Part shown: piece by piece, positions 26,497 through 34,099 of the stretch
How the letters are laid out: every line of letters starts with the position of its first letter
How positions within the stretch are numbered: the stretch's first letter is position 1
Origin: Deltaproteobacteria bacterium TL4
GTDB taxonomy: Bacteria > SAR324 > NAC60-12
DNA: 34,099 bases
NCBI GenBank assembly: GCA_051382335.1
Contig: JBBCAX010000154.1
Coordinates: 1 to 34,099, forward strand
Direction of reading: 5' to 3'
Made by a program: the position numbers and the translations under genes
The notes under the pieces: generated by a model
Databases searched by the model: none
Told to the model about the DNA's origin: nothing
What the model saw: the letters and a program-made list of their open reading frames with translations, nothing else

Positions 26497-27886
26497 GTCG
26501 ATCTCCCTATGGATGTTTGGTGTTGCCATGGTGGTGCTGATGCTGGGGTATCCTGTGGCCTTCAGCCTGGCAGGAACTGCTCTGGGCTTTGCGGTCCTGG
26601 GGCATTTTACCGGGGACTTCAATCTTCAACTGCTCGGTGCTTTTCCCCAGCGCATTTATGGAACCATGGCCAACGACACCTTGATTGCGGTACCGCTGTT
26701 TGTGTTTATGGGCGTCATGTTGGAACGTGCCAAAATCGCGGAGGATTTGCTGGAAACCATGGGGCTTTGGTTTGGTCGTCTTCCGGGCGGCATCGGAATC
26801 TCTGTCTGTATCGTTGGCGCGCTGCTGGCAACCTCCACAGGCATTGCGGGTGCCGATGTGGTGGCCATGGGATTGATTTCCCTGCCGACCATGCTGAAAT
26901 ATGGTTATAATGTTCCACTCGCCAGCGGCTTGATTACCGCGTCGGGGACACTGGGACAAATTATTCCTCCCAGCATCATCCTGATCATGTTGGGGGATGT
27001 GATCAACTCGGCCAGTCAGCAAGCCCAATTGGAGATGGGAAGTTTTTCCATCATGACGGTTTCTGTTGGAGATTTATTTCTGGGCGCTTTTATTCCAGGT
27101 TGGTGTCTGGCTCTGCTTTATATGTTGTTTATCGCAGTCATTGCGATCGTACGCCCTTCGATGGTTCCCCCAATGCCTGTGGAAGATCGTGCAGCCCTGA
27201 ATCGAAAGGAACTTTTGGTTCGAACCATCAAGGTCTTGTTGCCGCCTTTTCTTCTGATCCCTGCCGTATTGGGGACCATTCTGCTTGGCATTGCAACGCC
27301 CACTGAAGGCGCCTCTTTTGGTTGTATTGGAAGTATCCTGTTGGCTGCCATGAAGCGCGAACTGAATCTGACAGTGCTGCGCGGGGTGATGCAAACCACA
27401 ACCCGTATTACCTGTATGGTTTTCATGATTCTGATCGGTACCAGTTTGTTTTCTTTGGTCTTTCGGGGCTATGGCGGCGATGAACTGGTTGGCAGATTCC
27501 TTCAGAATCTCCATGGAGGCAAAGAGGCCTCATTTATCCTGGTCATGGCCGTGATGTTTGTTATGGGGTTTTTTCTTGATTTCTTTGAAATCATTTTCAT
27601 CGTGGTTCCGATTGTGGGACCCTCCTTGATCATGATGGGCTTTGATCCTCTCTGGCTTGGAGTTGCGATGGGTATCAATCTGCAAACCTCATTTCTGACA
27701 CCCCCCTTTGGTTTCTCTCTTTTTTATTTTAGAGGCGTTGCTCCAGCTTCGGTGACTTCCACTCAAATTTACAAAGGAGTCATTCCTTTCATTTTTATTC
27801 AGTTCAGTATGCTGGTGCTTCTTTGGTTCTTCCCCCAAATAGTGACTTGGCTTCCTCAACACATTTCAGGTAGCACCGTTCCCTGA
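26486..27886 (+). CDS. dctM: TRAP transporter large permease
   Basis: GYPVAFSL, AVPLFVFMG, GTLGQIIPPS, TPTE, LTPPFGFSLF; ATG 26486 follows GAGG and overlaps the dctQ end. Confidence 0.93.
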   Translation: MLSESISLWMFGVAMVVLMLGYPVAFSLAGTALGFAVLGHFTGDFNLQLLGAFPQRIYGTMANDTLIAVPLFVFMGVMLERAKIAEDLLETMGLWFGRLPGGIGISVCIVGALLATSTGIAGADVVAMGLISLPTMLKYGYNVPLASGLITASGTLGQIIPPSIILIMLGDVINSASQQAQLEMGSFSIMTVSVGDLFLGAFIPGWCLALLYMLFIAVIAIVRPSMVPPMPVEDRAALNRKELLVRTIKVLLPPFLLIPAVLGTILLGIATPTEGASFGCIGSILLAAMKRELNLTVLRGVMQTTTRITCMVFMILIGTSLFSLVFRGYGGDELVGRFLQNLHGGKEASFILVMAVMFVMGFFLDFFEIIFIVVPIVGPSLIMMGFDPLWLGVAMGINLQTSFLTPPFGFSLFYFRGVAPASVTSTQIYKGVIPFIFIQFSMLVLLWFFPQIVTWLPQHISGSTVP

Positions 27887-27977
27887 CCATTCCTCTAATC
27901 TGGTCAAAGAAAATACTTGGTGCCATTGAGCGATAACATTGGATAAAATGAGGGAGAATAGTAAACATCCGATGGAA

Positions 27978-29075
27978 TCAGGAACCCTCAACTTTTGGTG
28001 TTGTTGAGTCGGGCTCAGACGTTGATTCCGTTTTCATGGGTTTAGAACTCGGTGTGTCTGAGGAGGCGTCGCTTTTTGCAAAAGGATCTTGGGTTAAATC
28101 CAACTGTTTTTGGCAAACTTGCTGAAAAGGGACAAAACAAGTCCACGCTCCAGAAGGTGGAAGTTGAGCACAGCGGCAGGAGTCAAGGCTCTGATCAATA
28201 AGGATTTCATTTCCAGCTTTACAGCGACTTAATTTTGCTTCCCACTTGATATAATCACAAGTTTCTTCCTGCGTTTGATAAGGCGAATGATTCAAGGTCA
28301 CAATCTCACTGACTACATAATAATCACTTTTTTCCTTGTGTTCACAGTAGTCAATATACCGTACCGTACAGGACCAGCTTTTGGCTGAATTTTGCCCACA
28401 ATAGCATTCGCTGAGGGTCTTTTTTATTAAATTTTCGTTGACAGGATTACAATGGGATTGCTGGGCTTGTTTGACGACAGGGGCACACGCTTCATATTCG
28501 GTAAAGACAATGAGTTCCTGAGTGACCGCAAGATCCCGGATTCTTCGCAGGGGGGCACTGGCCTCTGAAGCAGAGACAACTAAAGTGGAGGACGGTTGCA
28601 ACAAGGGATCAACTTTTTTGATCACCTTTTCAGGCATTGGGTAAAAACCTTCTCCAACTCCATTTTGATCTTTAGACGTCATGTACCCGTAATAGAATTG
28701 ATACTGATAGGGTTTTTCCGCGTTAAGGGGAACCACGAGATAACTCATGGATTGTTGCGGTTCCAGATCATATCCGCCTTTCCTCAAGCCCACATATCGT
28801 GAATCAACATTTTGGTTTTCAATAATACTGAACGCGACGATTTTGATCCGTTGGTCCGAATGATTAGTCAGAATCACTTCGGATTTTTGATTTTGAAATT
28901 CTTTGGATTCGGAGACAATTTCCCATTGAATGATCGAATCTCCTCCGGTCTGTAATGTTTCCAGGGCCCAAGAGGGTAACGGTTTGAAAAATAATAAAAT
29001 TCCCAAAAAAAGAGAGAATCCTTTGATCGTTATTTGAACTTCACACTTAGGCTTCCACATTTGACAACCCCTCAT
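27978..29075 (-). CDS. Secreted hypothetical protein with two tandem 6-Cys modules and a low-complexity tail
   Basis: Signal-like FSLFLGILLFFKPLPSWA; repeated C-x11-C-x14-CxC-x9/10-C-x7-C pattern. Confidence 0.75.
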   Translation of the reverse strand: MRGCQMWKPKCEVQITIKGFSLFLGILLFFKPLPSWALETLQTGGDSIIQWEIVSESKEFQNQKSEVILTNHSDQRIKIVAFSIIENQNVDSRYVGLRKGGYDLEPQQSMSYLVVPLNAEKPYQYQFYYGYMTSKDQNGVGEGFYPMPEKVIKKVDPLLQPSSTLVVSASEASAPLRRIRDLAVTQELIVFTEYEACAPVVKQAQQSHCNPVNENLIKKTLSECYCGQNSAKSWSCTVRYIDYCEHKEKSDYYVVSEIVTLNHSPYQTQEETCDYIKWEAKLSRCKAGNEILIDQSLDSCRCAQLPPSGAWTCFVPFQQVCQKQLDLTQDPFAKSDASSDTPSSKPMKTESTSEPDSTTPKVEGS

Positions 29076-29360
29076 CAGAATATATTTATGGTGTACACTA
29101 CTTCTAACCGTTTGGGGACGCTGCTTTCCAGGACTTAATTAAAACAATTTTCTGTAGTCCGCGATGATTTAAATTAGCGCACTTCGTGCGGACTTTTCAC
29201 CTTTTTCGCTATCAGAACATCCCGTTTTCGAAGGCCTTGGACCGTTACGGAAGGATAACGCAAAACATTGGGGCTGTGCGGGGCTTTTCTTACACCTTCT
29301 GGAATCTAACTTTAAAACGACCCGCACAGTTGGAAACAAGGCCACCGTAACTGTTCTGAC

Positions 29361-30410
29361 TTACTGAGCTTTGACCATCGTCCAGGTTTGATCAATGATC
29401 TTGTTTTGATCGCCAAGATCCTTCACAAAACGCAAAACTTTCATAGTTTCCGGAGTCGGCCAAACACCTGGATTATTCAGATCTTCCTTGGCTAAATGGG
29501 GTTTTGAGGCCTCATTCGGTGAGGCGTAGTGATTATAGTTTGAAAGGGCCGCGCCCACTTCGGGTTCGAGGATCCAGTTGATCCATTTGTGAGCGGCGTC
29601 GGGATTCGGAGCCTGAGCGGGAATACTCATGACGTCAATCCAGATCGGTCCACCTTCCTTTGGCACAATAAAGGCCAGGTCCGTGTTCTCAGCAATAGCT
29701 CTCACGGCGTCTCCATTGTAAACAATGGCGGCATTGGCAACACCGGCAACGACGTCGTTTTTCCCTCCAACACCGCCTTTAAAGCCCATGCTGGAAGATC
29801 GCTTCTTTGTTTTGATGAGTAGTTCTGCCGCGGCTTTCAACTCTTTGGGATTGGTACTGTTGAAATCATAGCCCAGGTACGCAAGGGTAATCCCCAGCAT
29901 TTCCCTTACGGAATCAATCATGCAGAAAGGGCCTGGATTTTTTGCGGGATCAAAGAGGATGTTCCAGGAAAGCGTATCCTGTGCTTTGATCTTTTTCTTG
30001 TTGTACATCAGGCCGACTGTTCCCCACTGCCAGCCTACCGTGTAAGCATTTCCCGGATCGAAGGTGGTCTCTCTGAAGGTCTGCCCCAGATTCTTCAAAT
30101 TGGGTAATTGGGAACGATCCAGTTTTTGAATGAGTTTCAGGTTGATCAGACTTGGAACGATGAAGTCTGAAGGGACAATGAGGTCATATTGGCTGGTTCC
30201 TCCTGCCTGAAGTTTCGCCATCATGTCCTCATTGGATTCGTAAAGATCCAGTTTGACCTTGATTCCTGTTTTTTTCTCAAAAGCTTGTGTCATCTGAGCT
30301 TCATCCATATATTCAGACCAGATGAAGATTCTCAACTCATTCTGAGCCGCCGTGACCGTGGAACCGAGTAGCAGAGTGAAGGCTGTGAACAGTAGAAAAT
30401 GCTTAAACAT
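29361..30410 (-). CDS. potD: Spermidine/putrescine ABC transporter substrate-binding protein
   Basis: Signal peptide, WSEY, YESNE, YDLIVPS, DPGN.Y, WGTVG, PKEG, WID. Confidence 0.92.
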   Translation of the reverse strand: MFKHFLLFTAFTLLLGSTVTAAQNELRIFIWSEYMDEAQMTQAFEKKTGIKVKLDLYESNEDMMAKLQAGGTSQYDLIVPSDFIVPSLINLKLIQKLDRSQLPNLKNLGQTFRETTFDPGNAYTVGWQWGTVGLMYNKKKIKAQDTLSWNILFDPAKNPGPFCMIDSVREMLGITLAYLGYDFNSTNPKELKAAAELLIKTKKRSSSMGFKGGVGGKNDVVAGVANAAIVYNGDAVRAIAENTDLAFIVPKEGGPIWIDVMSIPAQAPNPDAAHKWINWILEPEVGAALSNYNHYASPNEASKPHLAKEDLNNPGVWPTPETMKVLRFVKDLGDQNKIIDQTWTMVKAQ

Positions 30411-30556
30411 GATAGTACTCCTTATGAAGTGAATTTTTGATAACGGTCCAGAGACATTCCCGTCTAAATCCCGGAAAAGAACTCCCTGGAAGTCTTTTTT
30501 ACATGATTTCAGTCAACCTTGGATAAAGAATATTTTTTCTGTCGATTCAACTCCTT

Positions 30557-30604
30557 CTCGTTCCAGTGTTCTGCCTGGAGACGTCTGAACAGAGGCCGTG
30601 CCTC
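30557..30604 (+). repeat. Degenerate REP-like repeat in the potC-potD spacer
   Basis: CTCGTTCCAGTGTTCTGCCTGGAGACG...GAGGCCGTGCCTC, two short hairpins resembling CTCGTTCCCA-type repeats. Confidence 0.4.
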
Positions 30605-30720
30605 AAGATCACACAGCTCTTCCGCTTCAGAACAGCGGAACAAGCACATGGTGGATGAACAAAAAGCAAACCCGAAAAAAGGTCATGTAGTCTCCTCAGA
30701 ACTACGCTCAGCGACAAAGA

Positions 30721-31521
30721 CTAATTCTTCTGCGTCCTGCGTGTGAGGCGCTCTGCTCCGACGACAAGTCCAATCGTGATCAGAAGGACGATCGTGGAAA
30801 GCGCGTGTATCTCGGGAGTAACCACCCGTCTCACCGCAGCGTAGATGTAAATGGGAAGCGTTATCGAATCGGTCCCGGCCGTAAAAAAGCTGATCACAAA
30901 ATCATCCAGTGAAAGCGTAAACGCGAGTAACGCTCCAGCCAGAATGCCAGGAAAAATAAGCGGAAGCGTGATATGCCACAGCAAATAGGGGGTGCTTGCG
31001 AATAAATCTCTCGCGGCTTCCTCAATTTCCGGATTCAAGGCAACCAGCCTACTGCGTACAACCAATGCGACAAAGGCAACCTGAAACGTGACGTGCCCAA
31101 TGCACATGGTCAAAAGACCCGGTTCAAACCACGACGAAAGCCTTCGCAAAAGGCTGAAAATAACCACGAGCGCAGCCGCCAGAATAATATCAGGGATGAC
31201 CACAGGCAGGTGCATCAACATGTCAAGAGACGTCTTTATCCGATCAGGCCAAGGAAAGCGCTCAATGCCAATGGCAAGAAAGGTTCCCAGAAAAGTGGAG
31301 GTCATTGTTGAGATTACGGCCAGGAGCAAAGTATTCCATGCTGCGTTCAAAATCATGGGATTGTTGAACAACCGGAAGTACCAGTCCAGCGTGAATCCCT
31401 GCCACACCAGACCATACTTCGTGGCGTTGATTGAAAAAAAAGCAACAGCCGCCAGAGGCAGGTATAGAAACGCCAGAGTGGACAGCGCCATAAAAGTTAC
31501 AATGCGACCGGATCCTCTCAT
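30721..31521 (-). CDS. potC: Polyamine ABC transporter permease PotC
   Basis: FLYLP, GFTLDWY, EEAARDL, AFTLSLDDF, TLP, TPEIHALST. Confidence 0.9.
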   Translation of the reverse strand: MRGSGRIVTFMALSTLAFLYLPLAAVAFFSINATKYGLVWQGFTLDWYFRLFNNPMILNAAWNTLLLAVISTMTSTFLGTFLAIGIERFPWPDRIKTSLDMLMHLPVVIPDIILAAALVVIFSLLRRLSSWFEPGLLTMCIGHVTFQVAFVALVVRSRLVALNPEIEEAARDLFASTPYLLWHITLPLIFPGILAGALLAFTLSLDDFVISFFTAGTDSITLPIYIYAAVRRVVTPEIHALSTIVLLITIGLVVGAERLTRRTQKN

Positions 31522-32423
31522 AGAATGATGGCCTCCTTATTTTTACGTCGATAAACATACAGACTTCCCATCGTCAACACCATGAGTCCCATGCTGATTG
31601 CGGAACCGAAGGCCCAGTCACGGCTTGAACCGAACTGCTGCTGAATCAGATTTCCCATCAGCATATACTTTGCGCCTCCAAGAAGATCAGGCACAATGAA
31701 CATTCCCATTGCGGGGACAAAGGTAAGGATGATTCCCACAGAAAGTCCAGGCATTGTCTGCGGAAGAATTGCGTGCAGGAACATTCTGACGGGCGAAGCA
31801 AACAGATCCTGGGCGGCTTCCACCAGAGACCAGTCCATCCGCTCAATGCTGGCAAATAAAGGTAACGCCACAAACGGAAGATAGATAGAGACCATTCCAA
31901 GATAAATGGCAAAAACACTAGGATAGAGGGGCGAGCCTTCCGCCGTAAGCCCCAGAAATGCCGAAAACTTCGCCAACGGAAGTTCTGGCGCAAGGATCAG
32001 AAACCACGCATAAGTGCGGATAACCATATTGGTCCAAAAGGGAATAATGAGCAGGGCCAACCACAGATACCGGGTCCTGTCAGACCTGCCCGCAATGAAA
32101 AAACAAAGGGGATAGGACAGACAAACGGACAGGAAGGTTGTGACAAACGCCACAAACAGCGATCTCAGAAAAATGATGATATAATCTGGTGTCCAGCCGA
32201 ACAAGCCATAACCGGCAAGGCGACTGAAGTTCTCCAGGCTGAATTCCCAAACAAGCTGTCCATAAGCACCCCGTCCGGCAAAACTTACGATGACAAGCAC
32301 TACCCCCGGCAAAAGCAGGAAAATGAAAAGCCACAGCAGGCCCGGAGAGATGAAAAAAAAACCGCGTTTTATGAGTTTGCGGACAGAGGTGAGTTCCCCG
32401 TACCAAATGATCAGTCTATTCAT
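31518..32423 (-). CDS. potB: Polyamine ABC transporter permease PotB
   Basis: PFWTNMVIRTYAW, YLPF, EAAQDL, PDLLGG, GNLIQQQF. Confidence 0.9.
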   Translation of the reverse strand: MNRLIIWYGELTSVRKLIKRGFFFISPGLLWLFIFLLLPGVVLVIVSFAGRGAYGQLVWEFSLENFSRLAGYGLFGWTPDYIIIFLRSLFVAFVTTFLSVCLSYPLCFFIAGRSDRTRYLWLALLIIPFWTNMVIRTYAWFLILAPELPLAKFSAFLGLTAEGSPLYPSVFAIYLGMVSIYLPFVALPLFASIERMDWSLVEAAQDLFASPVRMFLHAILPQTMPGLSVGIILTFVPAMGMFIVPDLLGGAKYMLMGNLIQQQFGSSRDWAFGSAISMGLMVLTMGSLYVYRRKNKEAIIL

Positions 32424-33456
32424 TCAGCGCCACCAGATCTGAGGGAGCCAGATTAAGCCAGGCTCTGTCTCCAATTTTAAAATGCTTATAAGAACTGCTC
32501 CTGACTCTCAAGGGCCCGGGAGCGAACCAGATATCAAAATCGCTACCGCGATAGATGATTTTTGAAACCTCCGCCCAGACCCCATTCTTTGCGGGTTGTT
32601 GTTCGTGAACGCTGATCCATTCAGGCCGGATGGCAACTTTCCCTTGTTTCCAGAGCGGAGGGTTTTCCAGTTCAAACCGCCCCATCTCCGTTTCGAAGTA
32701 GTGATTATCAAATACGCCTTCGAGCAGATTGGCCGCACCCAGGAATTCAGCGACAAACTGGGAATTCGGTTTATCATACACCTCCTCAGGCGCTCCGTAC
32801 TGCACAATTCCCCCGTCACGCATGACTGCGATTGTGTCTGAAACGATCAGCGCCTCTTCTTGATCATGAGTCACCAGAATGAACGTTTGCTTCAGACGCT
32901 GCTGAAGTTGCCGCAGTTCCACCTGAAGCTGTGCCCGCAATTTGGCATCCAGTGCTGACATGGGTTCATCCAGGAGCAAAACTTCTGGCTCATTCACTAG
33001 TGCTCTCGCCAGTGCGACGCGTTGCTTCTGTCCGCCGGAGATCTGATCTGGTTTCCTGGTAATCAGCTTTCCGATATCCAGCATTTCAATGTGCGGAGTA
33101 ATCCTTTTTTTGATATCCTCTTCCGCGAATTTCCGTGAGCGAAGACCAAAGGCGATATTGTCATAGATGGAAAGATGAGGAAAAAGGGCATAACTCTGAA
33201 ATACAGTATTGACCTGTCTTTTTGTTGCGGGAAGGGAGGTAATGTCCTTTCCGCCAAGGATGACTCTTCCGGAATCCGGCAGGGCCAGTCCCGCAATAAT
33301 CCTCAGCAACGTCGTCTTCCCGCAGCCTGAGGGACCCAAAAGCGTAAAAAAGGTCCCGGCTTCCACATCGATCGACACATTCCTGACAGCAACTACCTCA
33401 TCGAAACTCTTACTGACATCCTGGAGATGCAGTCCCTTCTTATCTTGAAAACTCAT
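32416..33456 (-). CDS. potA: Polyamine ABC transporter ATP-binding protein PotA
   Basis: GPSGCGKT, VFQSYALFPH, SGGQKQR, LLLDEP, VTHDQEEA. Confidence 0.93.
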   Translation of the reverse strand: MSFQDKKGLHLQDVSKSFDEVVAVRNVSIDVEAGTFFTLLGPSGCGKTTLLRIIAGLALPDSGRVILGGKDITSLPATKRQVNTVFQSYALFPHLSIYDNIAFGLRSRKFAEEDIKKRITPHIEMLDIGKLITRKPDQISGGQKQRVALARALVNEPEVLLLDEPMSALDAKLRAQLQVELRQLQQRLKQTFILVTHDQEEALIVSDTIAVMRDGGIVQYGAPEEVYDKPNSQFVAEFLGAANLLEGVFDNHYFETEMGRFELENPPLWKQGKVAIRPEWISVHEQQPAKNGVWAEVSKIIYRGSDFDIWFAPGPLRVRSSSYKHFKIGDRAWLNLAPSDLVALNE

Positions 33457-33714
33457 CGTCCTCGCCTAAAAAAAGAATCAAAACCACATTCTATTCTCGG
33501 ACAGCCATCCAGGCTGATTCAATAACTATCGCAATCCTGCTGATTCCACCGTCTGGGGAATGAAAGAAATTCCAGGGGAGTGTTAGGCTTCGGCAGGTCT
33601 ATAGCACACTGAATTCCTATACATGTGTGTGGAAAGTATGACAGGATGATGAATGGCGCAAGTTGGAAATGCAGAAAATTTAACTTCATCGGATCAAACG
33701 TTCAAAATAGGTCC

Positions 33715-33834
33715 ATGGCCGATACGCTTACGGAAGGCCCAGGAATCAATGCTGCTACGAGGGTTTTCAGCGTGAGTAAGAATAGTCTCTATAGATGGCA
33801 GGGGCGCTTGAGTGAATTGACGCCTCGCCTATGA
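33715..33834 (+). pseudogene. Transposase HTH fragment (IS1/IS6-like)
   Basis: LTEGPGINAATRVFSVSKNSLYRWQ is a typical transposase helix-turn-helix; no catalytic domain follows. Confidence 0.65.
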
Positions 33835-33845
33835 CGAATATGAAT

Positions 33846-33863
33846 AAACTTTGCGACAGAACC
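33846..33863. mobile_element. Solo IS6-family-like terminal inverted repeat
   Basis: Reverse complement GGTTCTGTCGCAAAGTTT closely resembles the IS257/IS1216 end GGTTCTGTTGCAAAGTT as I recall it. Confidence 0.6.
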
Positions 33864-34099
33864 ATAAAAATTACACGGTTCGCTACCGCCTATAGCATAC
33901 CTCTTGCATTTTCGGGATGAGGTGGCCTTGTCTCTATAAAAATCACATCTTTTAGACCACGTTGGAATCATTTTGCCTTTCCTGATGTTGGTTAGCTTTT
34001 CCTATAGATGTTCATTTAAATAAATTCAGAATGTATATTTCGGACGATCCATTTAATCGACTCATTATTAGGAGTGTCAAAGCTTGCTTTGACCAGAAA

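Noticed and set aside
29154..29195. GTAGTCCGC...GCGGACT possible REP
   Set aside because: Only a 7-bp stem with a long loop; could be chance.
5202..33448. Numerous short antisense or alternate-frame ORFs inside serA, the carboxylase, rlmKL, TRAP and pot genes
   Set aside because: They are shadow ORFs fully overlapping well-supported genes and lack motifs.
1..34099. CRISPR array, integron attC array, rRNA or prophage genes
   Set aside because: No regularly spaced repeats, integrase, cas, rRNA or phage structural genes were recognised.

Overview
Bacterial chromosomal window, probably from a deltaproteobacterial/SAR324-like lineage (inferred from gene types only). Positions 1-2.7 kb are an AT-richer, decayed accessory island next to the 3' end of a selenocysteine tRNA gene (selC, 2712-2810, minus strand). 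The island holds a broken antitoxin-VapC pair, a DUF960-like gene, a PemK/MazF toxin sandwiched between two paralogous antitoxin-like genes, a 5'-truncated gene and a 173-bp MITE. The rest is mostly core genome: serA, TPR/VWA/other lipoproteins, rlmKL, an AAE-family transporter, a hybrid REC-histidine kinase, long-form ispG, a TRAP transporter, potABCD and IS remnants at the right end. The most striking feature is a 1514-aa single-chain acyl-CoA carboxylase with the order CTalpha(AccA)-linker-CTbeta(AccD)-BC(AccC)-BCCP(AccB), unlike the BC-first order of the single-chain carboxylases I know. There is also a secreted protein with a tandem 6-Cys module, plus several REP-like and MITE elements. 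All assignments come from motif recognition by eye; no searches were run.
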